NCBI GenBank assembly: GCA_963841915.1
Contig: CAWJEN010000006.1
Location: 832,001 to 896,000, forward strand
Direction: 5' to 3'
Length of the DNA stretch: 64,000 nt
Source: an uncultured Planctomycetota bacterium
GTDB lineage: Bacteria; Planctomycetota; Phycisphaerae; Tepidisphaerales; Tepidisphaeraceae
Positions 39,878 through 47,779 of this stretch are shown here, piece after piece. Both the position numbers and the translations under genes were made by a program. Positions within the stretch are counted from its first letter, which is position 1. Every line of letters begins with the position of its first letter. The notes beneath the pieces were generated by a model, which was not told where the DNA came from, made no database searches, and saw only the letters and a list, made by a program, of their open reading frames with translations.

Positions 39878-39928
39878 ATCGCCCCGCGCCAGCCGCCCCG
39901 ACCCCATTTGGCCGCCGCCGCGCAACAC

Positions 39929-40759
39929 TCAGTCGTCGTCATCCATGTCGCCGAAGATCATTTCGAAGAATTCGTCCATGATCTCGATCGACGCTTTGGC
40001 CGCCTGCTCGTCGTAGGCGATGGCCCCCTTGAGCTGCGGATTCTTCTCGGCCATCATGGTCGCATCGGGGTTGCTGAAGGCGTGCAGGGCGGTCGGAAAG
40101 TTGACGAGCGTCATCGGCACGCCCGCTTCGAGCGACTTCTGGACGAAACCGGCAAAGGCGTCGGGCTTGACCATCGGGTCGGCACCGCCGTGCAGGATCA
40201 GCATGGCAGGGCCGTTGTACGCGGCCTGCGGTGCGGCATCGGCCGACAGGCCACCGTGAAAGCTGACGACAGCCTTGAGCTTGCTGCCGTAATCGCTCGT
40301 CGCCATGTCGACAACCGTGCTGCCACCGAAGCAGAAGCCGATCGCGCCGATCGCTTCGTCGTCCACATTCTCCTGGTCCACCAGTACCTTCATGGCCGGC
40401 ATCACTAGCTCCGCCAAGCCCGTCTCTCGGGCCATTCCAGACCATTTACCCGCCTCTGCCGGGTCACCGGTTGTCACGCCGTTGCCGTACATATCTGCGA
40501 CGAAGGCGATGTAGCCCTCTTCAGCCAACTCGCGGGCCCGCATCTTGGGATACTCGGTCAGGCCCCACCACTCGGGAACGACCAGAATGCCGGGTCGCAT
40601 GCCGGTCACGTCTTCGTCGTAGATCAACACGCCTTGGGCTATCTCGCCTGTCGGTAGCTCATATTCGACGACCTCTTCCTTCATGCCGCCTTGACCGAAC
40701 GCCGGCAGGACAATCCAGAGCAGGGCGACGAATGTCGTGAGTGTCAGGGGCTTGTGCAT
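39929..40759 (-). CDS. Dienelactone hydrolase family protein, secreted
   Basis: PEWWGL, ADMYG, GFCFGG, SFHG, HGGADP, HAFSNP; ATG at 40759 preceded by a TACGCT hexamer. Confidence 0.9.
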   Translation of the reverse strand: MHKPLTLTTFVALLWIVLPAFGQGGMKEEVVEYELPTGEIAQGVLIYDEDVTGMRPGILVVPEWWGLTEYPKMRARELAEEGYIAFVADMYGNGVTTGDPAEAGKWSGMARETGLAELVMPAMKVLVDQENVDDEAIGAIGFCFGGSTVVDMATSDYGSKLKAVVSFHGGLSADAAPQAAYNGPAMLILHGGADPMVKPDAFAGFVQKSLEAGVPMTLVNFPTALHAFSNPDATMMAEKNPQLKGAIAYDEQAAKASIEIMDEFFEMIFGDMDDDD

Positions 40760-40820
40760 GCGCGCAGCGTATCGACCACGCCGCACGTCGTGAACGTTCG
40801 AAGAGGTGGGATCCGCTGAC

Positions 40821-41381
40821 CTATTTCGACGAAGGCGGCTTGTCTGGCCACGCATCGGAGCGGGAGATATCTCGAATCTCCTTGACGCCGTAGAGCTTGC
40901 CGTCGGGCTTGTCCATGCCTGGGCACATCGTCTTGCCGTGGTTCCAGGCTTCTTCGCTCTGGAGCAGCCCCTGCCAGAACGGCCACGTCCGACACTGCAG
41001 CGGCCTGGCCTTGTAGACCTTGCAACCGCGCTTGCGAGCGTCGGGCTTGTCACCTTTGAGCGGCTTGAGGAACTCGCAGTCGTATTGGCCGTTGGGCTGA
41101 CGAACTTCCTTCAGGCTCAACCGCTTGCCGATCTTGCGAACATGCTTGCGGCGGAAGTCGGGCTCGCTCATCTTCAGGAGCGTCGCGAGCTCTTCAACCT
41201 CGTCATCCGTGACCCAGACGTACCCGGCCGGTCCTGTGCAGCAGTTGCCGCAGGTCGAGCAGCGGAACTTAAGCCCGTCCTTGTACCAAGGCTCATCGGC
41301 CACCGGCAGGGCAACGCCGCCTGCGTGCCGGACGTCGCTGACATCGTCGGAATCTTCAGGCCGATGGGACAAGGCGATCAT
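40821..41381 (-). CDS. YkgJ-family CxxCxxCC (putative Zn/Fe-S chelating) protein
   Basis: WYKDGLKFRCSTCGNCC, CEFL, CKVYKARPLQCRTWPFW, CPG; start uncertain. Confidence 0.85.
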   Translation of the reverse strand: MIALSHRPEDSDDVSDVRHAGGVALPVADEPWYKDGLKFRCSTCGNCCTGPAGYVWVTDDEVEELATLLKMSEPDFRRKHVRKIGKRLSLKEVRQPNGQYDCEFLKPLKGDKPDARKRGCKVYKARPLQCRTWPFWQGLLQSEEAWNHGKTMCPGMDKPDGKLYGVKEIRDISRSDAWPDKPPSSK

Positions 41382-41412
41382 GTTAGCCGTCGGCAACGTA
41401 GCGTCAGGAAGT

Positions 41413-42843
41413 ATGCGAGGGATCAGCCGTACCACCGTCGTCTTGCCGTTGCTCGCCTCGCTGGCGTGGACGGCCGTTGCTCGTTGTGAGCCTGTCGCAC
41501 CGACGCGTGAGGACATCGCCCACAGTTACCTGCTGTTCGAGCAGTCGGTCGACAAGTACCCACCGCCGCGCGATCTGGCGGAGTTCAACGTCGAGTTCGA
41601 CTGGGTGACGCGGTTGATTTTTCGTCGCAGGTGGGATCGGGCGGCCTCCGAGGTCGCAGCCCTCACTGATCGCTTGCTACCGGCCGAGCTCAGGACGCCC
41701 GCCGAGCGGTCGGCTCGTGGCACGACCGTCCGCCCGTTCCCCGCCGTCGCCACGCCCGGCAGCGAAGTGACGCTGACCTTCGCCCCTTTGTTCCACGTGG
41801 AACAACGGCCCAGCTCGCTTCAGGTGCTGATCCGTGATGACGAGCGTGTGGTCTTTCGCGACGACTTCGATCCGGCTGGTGACACGCTGACGTGGACTGC
41901 TGCAGAAGCCGTTGGGTTCTATACAGTTGACCTCTTGGCCACGCCCGGCAGCAGCGCCTGGACACGGGCGAGCATCAGCATTGTTGCCGACGCACCCAAG
42001 AGCGTCCGGCAGACGCTGCTGAAGCAGCTCGACGCGGTCGTACCCGACGAAGCCCTGCAGCCGGCCGCTTCGGCGCTGCGGGCTCGGCTGAACCTGCTTC
42101 TGGAGCAAGACGATCCGGCCCGCCCTCGCTCCTTCGTCGGTAACGCTGCCGATCTCGTCGAAGATCTCACGACGGAGGTTGCGGCGTTGGCGGCGGGTGA
42201 AGATCCCTACGCCGGAAAGGTCGGCACGTACTGGACGACGCTCGCCGGCATCCCGGCGGTCGTGCACGTGCCCGAGTGGGCTGTTAAGAAGGGTCGGCCG
42301 TTGCCGGTAATCTTCGCGCTCCACGGTGCAGGCGGCGACGAGAACCTTTTTGTCCTCGGCTACGGCGCCGGCAAACTCAAGGGGCTCGCCGACAAGCACG
42401 GGTTCGTCCTGGTGTCGCCGCACACGTATCCGCTGCTCGGTCGCGGCGACCTCCTGGCTGCGATGATGGAGGAGATGAGCAATCGGTATGAGCTCGACCA
42501 GGATCGCGTCTACGCCATCGGCCATTCGCTAGGGGCGATCACGATCGCCGGCTGGACGCTCTCCGACGCCGACGGCCCGGCCAACGACGTCCTGGCAGGC
42601 GTAGGCCTCATCGCCGGGGGCGGCATGACCAAGCCCGTCACCCGGGCAGTCCCCATGTTTGTCGCCGCAGCCGGTCACGATCGCATCTTCAAGCCCGACC
42701 GACTCGAGGCGATGACGCAGGCGGTTCGCAAGCTGGGTCTGGCTGCAGAATTCAAGCTCTATGACGACGAAGCGCACGTCAGCATCGTCCGGCGGTCGCT
42801 CGATGACGTGGTGGGCTGGCTCCTGCAGCAGCGACGTTCCTGA
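41413..42843 (+). CDS. Secreted alpha/beta-hydrolase (esterase-like)
   Basis: Signal peptide; ALHGAGG, GHSLG nucleophile elbow, D and H near the C-terminus. Confidence 0.8.
   Translation: MRGISRTTVVLPLLASLAWTAVARCEPVAPTREDIAHSYLLFEQSVDKYPPPRDLAEFNVEFDWVTRLIFRRRWDRAASEVAALTDRLLPAELRTPAERSARGTTVRPFPAVATPGSEVTLTFAPLFHVEQRPSSLQVLIRDDERVVFRDDFDPAGDTLTWTAAEAVGFYTVDLLATPGSSAWTRASISIVADAPKSVRQTLLKQLDAVVPDEALQPAASALRARLNLLLEQDDPARPRSFVGNAADLVEDLTTEVAALAAGEDPYAGKVGTYWTTLAGIPAVVHVPEWAVKKGRPLPVIFALHGAGGDENLFVLGYGAGKLKGLADKHGFVLVSPHTYPLLGRGDLLAAMMEEMSNRYELDQDRVYAIGHSLGAITIAGWTLSDADGPANDVLAGVGLIAGGGMTKPVTRAVPMFVAAAGHDRIFKPDRLEAMTQAVRKLGLAAEFKLYDDEAHVSIVRRSLDDVVGWLLQQRRS
41789..41804. other. parS site inside a coding sequence
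   Basis: TGTTCCACGTGGAACA, read as LFHVEQ in the hydrolase. Confidence 0.85.
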
Positions 42844-42866
42844 CGCTCCTAGTGTCGCGGCTCGAC

Positions 42867-43787
42867 ATGCCAGGGCAAGACGATCAACACGACGGGCGCC
42901 TGCGCATCCAGAAGGTCATGGCCGCTGCGGGTGTGGCCGCCAGGCGCACGTGTGAGCAGTACGTACTGACAGGTCGCGTTCGCGTCAACGGCGAGATCGT
43001 GCGTCGGCTGCCGATCATGGTCGATCCCTACGACGACCGCATCGAGGTCGACGGCGAGCTGATCCGCCCCGACAAACCGCGCGGCACGCGTGGCGTGGGC
43101 AAGGGTCGCGAGCCCAAGCACGTCTACATCCTGCTCAACAAGCCCGAACGCGTCGTCTGCACGAACGTTGCCCAACACACTGGTGGATACCAGCAGACAC
43201 GTGCGATCGACCTGCTGCCGCCACAATTCCGCAGGCGTGTCTGGCCGGTCGGCAGGCTCGACTCCAGCAGTCGCGGCCTGCTGCTGCTTACTGATGATGG
43301 TGAACTGACGCAAAAGCTCACGCACCCGTCGTTCGGCGTCCCTAAGACCTACCGCGTCGCCTGCGACGGCGAGGTGACGAAGGAGATCGTCCAGAAGCTC
43401 AACGACGGCATCTTCCTCGTCGATCGTGACACCGGCGGCGGCAGCAAGACGGCTCCTGCATACGTCAAAGTCATCCGCGCCAATCGCGAGGGCAGCGTGC
43501 TGGAGATGATCCTCAAGGAAGGCCGCAACCGTCAGATTCGCCGCGTGTTGGCATCACTGGGTCATAAGGTGCGCGACCTCAAGCGGACGAGGCTCGGCCC
43601 GATCCAGCTGCGGCAGTTGCCCGAATCTTCAAGCCGTCTGCTGACGCCGCGCGAGCTGGCGGAGCTACGGACGGCTGTCGAACAGGCAGGCCGTCAGGCT
43701 ACTGGCACCAGGCCACGCTCCACAAGCAAGCCCCGCGCCCACTCGCGGTCGTCGGGTGCTAAGGGCGGCTGGGGCTCGGAGCGGTAG
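42867..43787 (+). CDS. rRNA pseudouridine synthase (RsuA/RluB family)
   Basis: S4 domain RIQKVMAAAGVAARR, LNKP, VGRLD, GLLLLTDDG, EGRNRQIRR. Confidence 0.92.
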   Translation: MPGQDDQHDGRLRIQKVMAAAGVAARRTCEQYVLTGRVRVNGEIVRRLPIMVDPYDDRIEVDGELIRPDKPRGTRGVGKGREPKHVYILLNKPERVVCTNVAQHTGGYQQTRAIDLLPPQFRRRVWPVGRLDSSSRGLLLLTDDGELTQKLTHPSFGVPKTYRVACDGEVTKEIVQKLNDGIFLVDRDTGGGSKTAPAYVKVIRANREGSVLEMILKEGRNRQIRRVLASLGHKVRDLKRTRLGPIQLRQLPESSSRLLTPRELAELRTAVEQAGRQATGTRPRSTSKPRAHSRSSGAKGGWGSER

Positions 43788-44530
43788 ATGCTTTTCGGTG
43801 CGCCACCCGCTTCCGTGACGCGGTCGAGAGCTTCCTGTACCTGCAGCGGCACATCTGCATCTCCTGGTAAAAGTGGGATGGGCAGCGTCGGAGTCGCGTC
43901 GCGTAGTCGCCACGTCCAGATGTCCGTGTCCTCTACCTTTGCCGAGTACGGCATTCCTCCTGCCGCTTGACGCACCGTCTGCGAGCGAACCAACATGGCC
44001 GAGTAGTCGAACTCGGGCAAATCAGCATGCGTGGGAAGTAAGTTGCCGCCTGCTCGAAGCAGGTCGATTTGTAGCACGTTCACGCCCCCCTCAACAAGCT
44101 GACGACGTTTGCCTGCGTACTGGCTTCGTCCCGTCGTCTTGTTGGTTGGGCTGATGAGTTCAATGACCGAAATGACGGCTTCGTCGGCAACCGAGCGGAT
44201 CTCGATAGATCGCTGCAGGTCTTCGACAAGGTCGGTGTCGTAGAAGAACGCAGCATGCGCCGTAGGCGCTGTCAGAGCAGCGGCAGTGTCCCGCGGTGAA
44301 GTCGCTTGGCCATCTGCTTTGGTCAGCACAACAGCACCGTCCGCTCTGACGCGCCGCTCTGCAGCCGGCGGCTCACGGATGGTCAATGTCTCTACGACCC
44401 GCCCCTCGTATTTTTCGTCCAACTGCGGGACGAGCATTCGCCACATCTCCACGACCAAGATCGTGTGGAAGCCTTGCCAGTTGCTCGGCTGCTCCAGGTA
44501 CGGGTTCATGCCGGGTAAGACAGTCTCCAT
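43694..44530 (-). CDS. DUF4058 family protein
   Basis: PGMNPYLE..W..FH, IELISPTNK, IDLLRAG, PIPL; typical of Planctomycetes. Confidence 0.8.
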   Translation of the reverse strand: METVLPGMNPYLEQPSNWQGFHTILVVEMWRMLVPQLDEKYEGRVVETLTIREPPAAERRVRADGAVVLTKADGQATSPRDTAAALTAPTAHAAFFYDTDLVEDLQRSIEIRSVADEAVISVIELISPTNKTTGRSQYAGKRRQLVEGGVNVLQIDLLRAGGNLLPTHADLPEFDYSAMLVRSQTVRQAAGGMPYSAKVEDTDIWTWRLRDATPTLPIPLLPGDADVPLQVQEALDRVTEAGGAPKSIYRSEPQPPLAPDDREWARGLLVERGLVPVA

Positions 44531-44542
44531 GGTTTCACCATC

Positions 44543-46372
44543 TTACCCGATTCCCTTACTCGCCAGGTCGCGAAGCTCGGCGTGCCAAGCGGGACGGTCC
44601 TCTGCGCTTGTTCCCTCCGGCAGCAGGCTCCGACGCGTTGTGTTGACCAAGGCCTGCAGCGTCTGGAACCGACGCGTCTCTTCGATCGCCGGTGGCAGGT
44701 AATCGGCGGCGACGACGCGAACATCCTCGACACTCAGCGACCCCTTGCGGCGACGGGCCTTGAGCAGCGACCGCAGCGAGCCGAACGCTGCCGCACTCGT
44801 GGCCGATAGTTCAGGTTCCAGCTCGGCGGCGATGGCCGAGAGGTCGCCGTCGACGCTGCCACGGAGCATCCATTCGACGAACGCCATCCGGTCGTCGCCC
44901 GTCGGGTCGAGCACCGGCAGGATCAGATCACCCGAACGACCCGGCCGACGGATGTCGGGGCTGAGCAGGTGAATGCGGGCCGTCATCAGCAGCCACGTCA
45001 CGCGGCCGCGGAGCTGTGGGTCGCTCATCATCTGCTGGACCTTGCCGGTTAGGCGACGCTCCGTCTCGTGACTGCCCGCACCGACGCCGCCAAACGCGGT
45101 GTCGGCCTCATCAACGAAAATTACGACCCGCCCCAGCCCTGAGAGTGTCCGCCGGAGCTTCTCGAACAGCACGTCGGTCTGACCGAACCACTGGCTGCGA
45201 AGGTTCTTCAGCGTCAGCACCGGCAGGCCCAGTTCACCGGCGACAGCCTCGAAGACGAACGTCTTACCGGCACCGATCGGACCCGCCACGGCCGCGCCTC
45301 CCAGGGCATCTTCGCCACGGCTCTGGATGCGCGGGATGACCTCGTCGCGTAGAAACTGCTTGAGCTTCGAATTGCCGACAACATCTTCCAGTGTGTGCGT
45401 CGGTCGCTTGAACTCGACCACATCCTCACCGAGCTCACCGGCGACAAAGGCTTCGACGGCTTGCGTCACGTCGGTCGGCGTCGGCGGGCGACCTTCATGG
45501 TCAGCCAACCGCATGAGCTGGCGAAGTGCCTGGATGCCAAGCCCTGCCGTCGCTGCGGCGAGGGCATCGATGTCGAACGACGGCTTCTGAGGTGCAGCCT
45601 TGCCCTCGGGCAGCGACGCCGGCTCTTCGGCTGCTTTAGGCTGGTGCTGCGTGAGGTAGTGCCGTCTGCGCGATTCGTCAGGCGGGTCAATACTGATGTC
45701 GAGCACCTGCGGGAGCGACGTGACGAGCGCGGACACACCGCCCCGGCTTTCGGCGAGGAGCACTACCGAATCAGCGGCGTCCTGGAAGTCTGCGTCGCCG
45801 AACCAGTCACGCAAAATTCCCACGCGGTGCCGATCAGCGGCATTGAGGCGACCCGCATCCTCGCCACCATTGGGCACGAGCAGGTCTGCCGCCTCGATCC
45901 AAATGAGCAACGTGTCACCGTAGATTGGGCGGCCTTGCCCGTCTTTAGCGCGTCGCATCTGGCAAAGCTGGCGTAGGAACTCGAGCGATGCCGTCGGGCT
46001 ACCGGTGGCGTCGCGGACGAGTCGGTCGAACTCGGTGCCGTTGATATCGATGGCTTTGCTCGCTCGCCTGTCGAGCAAGGCTTGCAGGGCCAGCTCATCA
46101 GGATCACCACCACCGCGCCACGTCGCCCAAGCGATTTTTAGTCGATCCGCTGCCTCAGGCGGGTGAATGCGAATGGGCCCGTTGAGCTCGCAGACGAGTT
46201 GCGTGACGCCCGCCACGCCACACCGGCCGAGTAGAAAGGTCGGCAGCGGTACGTACCGATCACCTCTTTGGTAGAGGTCGTGCGTTCCGCCGTGCAAGAT
46301 GACCGATCGAGCCCTGCCGCTGTTGAGGGTGCGGGCAAGATGGGTAAACCACGCGTAGCCAGGGTCCGTCAC
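44543..46372 (-). CDS. AAA+ ATPase with degenerate N-terminal AAA-like domain
   Basis: Walker A GPIGAGKT, Walker B VIFVDEAD, SRH RRPGR; GTG start preceded by TAAGCT. Confidence 0.85.
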   Translation of the reverse strand: MTDPGYAWFTHLARTLNSGRARSVILHGGTHDLYQRGDRYVPLPTFLLGRCGVAGVTQLVCELNGPIRIHPPEAADRLKIAWATWRGGGDPDELALQALLDRRASKAIDINGTEFDRLVRDATGSPTASLEFLRQLCQMRRAKDGQGRPIYGDTLLIWIEAADLLVPNGGEDAGRLNAADRHRVGILRDWFGDADFQDAADSVVLLAESRGGVSALVTSLPQVLDISIDPPDESRRRHYLTQHQPKAAEEPASLPEGKAAPQKPSFDIDALAAATAGLGIQALRQLMRLADHEGRPPTPTDVTQAVEAFVAGELGEDVVEFKRPTHTLEDVVGNSKLKQFLRDEVIPRIQSRGEDALGGAAVAGPIGAGKTFVFEAVAGELGLPVLTLKNLRSQWFGQTDVLFEKLRRTLSGLGRVVIFVDEADTAFGGVGAGSHETERRLTGKVQQMMSDPQLRGRVTWLLMTARIHLLSPDIRRPGRSGDLILPVLDPTGDDRMAFVEWMLRGSVDGDLSAIAAELEPELSATSAAAFGSLRSLLKARRRKGSLSVEDVRVVAADYLPPAIEETRRFQTLQALVNTTRRSLLPEGTSAEDRPAWHAELRDLASKGIG

Positions 46373-46405
46373 GCAAGCAGCTTAGCGGCCTTCGGCAGCA
46401 CGCAG

Positions 46406-47566
46406 TCACACCAGTGCGGGCTGAAGTTGCTTGTTTTCGCGGAAGCCGGGCTTGAAGCGGTCCTTGAGCTTGAGCAGCGGTCGCTCTAGCACGAGGAAGC
46501 TGACCTCCGCCGCCAGCCAGGTGACGAGCATGGCCACCACGAACAGCACCAGCCGGAAGGGCTTTGCATCGTCGGGCGAGATAAAACGCGTGACGACTTG
46601 GTTGGCCGTGACGAGCGCGAGCATGTGGTAGAGGTACATGCCGTAGCTGACGAGGCCGAGACGGCGGACGGGTGCCCACTGAAGCGGCCTGGCAAGCGCG
46701 CCGTCTTCGCGGGTGACACAGGCGGCGACGAAGCCGACCATGATGACGTGCAGCACGATCCGCGGCCAGCCCGTCACTTCGCCGGTCCAGAACAGCACCG
46801 GCAGCAGCACCGCCGCCAGCCAGACAGGCCGAGCCCAGGCGAAGCCGGTGACCTTGCTGACGGTCGCGTAGCCGTTCGGCTGGTGCATGACGTGGGCTAG
46901 CAACACACCCATGGCAATGGGTGCAAAGGTAACTTCCAGCACCTCCAGCGGCGGGTGAGCGATACCGAAGACACCCATCGCAAAAAGAACGTTCAACAAC
47001 AGGAACGGCACGAGGAACGCCCGCACTGCCAAGCCGGCCAGCAGCACCAGCAATGGCGGCCAAACGAGGTAAAACTGCTCTTCAACGGCCAGCGACCAAG
47101 CGTGGAACAACAAGTGCCCTTGGGCATCAGTCCAATTCGTCGTAAAGGTCAGCAGCAACGGCAGGTCACCGACGAACGTGGCCATGCCTTCGTCGCCGCC
47201 ACGGACAAGCTGGTACACAGCCGTGAGCGCGATGGTGAGGTAGTAGATTGGGAAGATTCGCAACGTCCGCCTTGCGTAGAAGGCGGTGAGATCGATCTTT
47301 CCCATCCGGTCGCGCTCGCGCAACAGCAGCGTCGCGATGAGGTAGCCGCTAAGGACGAAGAATAGGTCGACGCCAAGGTAGCCGCGAACTGAGCCCGGCA
47401 GCGACCAGTCCGCGAAGGTGCCGGCCGCATGGTGCCACACAACCGCCACAATGGCCAAGCACCGGATGCCGTCTAGTGACCCGAAGTGTCTGGTCGCGAG
47501 GTACTGCTGATGCTCGTCCTGAATCGTCTGCACGGCCTTTGTGTGTCTATCGGACAGCCGGATCAC
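46406..47566 (-). CDS. Acyltransferase family 3 (OafA-like) membrane O-acyltransferase
   Basis: LDGIRCLA, GVDLFFVLSGYLI, FYARRTLRIFP, HAWSLAVEEQFYL, SYGMYLYH. Confidence 0.92.
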   Translation of the reverse strand: MIRLSDRHTKAVQTIQDEHQQYLATRHFGSLDGIRCLAIVAVVWHHAAGTFADWSLPGSVRGYLGVDLFFVLSGYLIATLLLRERDRMGKIDLTAFYARRTLRIFPIYYLTIALTAVYQLVRGGDEGMATFVGDLPLLLTFTTNWTDAQGHLLFHAWSLAVEEQFYLVWPPLLVLLAGLAVRAFLVPFLLLNVLFAMGVFGIAHPPLEVLEVTFAPIAMGVLLAHVMHQPNGYATVSKVTGFAWARPVWLAAVLLPVLFWTGEVTGWPRIVLHVIMVGFVAACVTREDGALARPLQWAPVRRLGLVSYGMYLYHMLALVTANQVVTRFISPDDAKPFRLVLFVVAMLVTWLAAEVSFLVLERPLLKLKDRFKPGFRENKQLQPALV

Positions 47567-47779
47567 CTAATTCAGGCAGATGACGAACTTCTTGAGTCGG
47601 CAGGCCTCGCAACCGTAGCAAACTACCCAAGTTTCTCGAGTTAATGTTGCCCAGAGACCTGCCGTGGCAGAGCCTATCGAACATACTTCTGACTCAACCA
47701 GTAGATGCTGAGTCGATGTTGCTGCGTGAGTCTAAATGACTTGATGCGTCATCGGCACCTGCTTCTGCTCCCGCTCGAG

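Larger units (their letters stand above)
39640..39924. repeat. 285-bp dispersed element copy 2, carrying two parS sites
   Basis: Homologous and collinear with 3687-3971; same terminal inverted repeats and parS positions. Confidence 0.8.
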
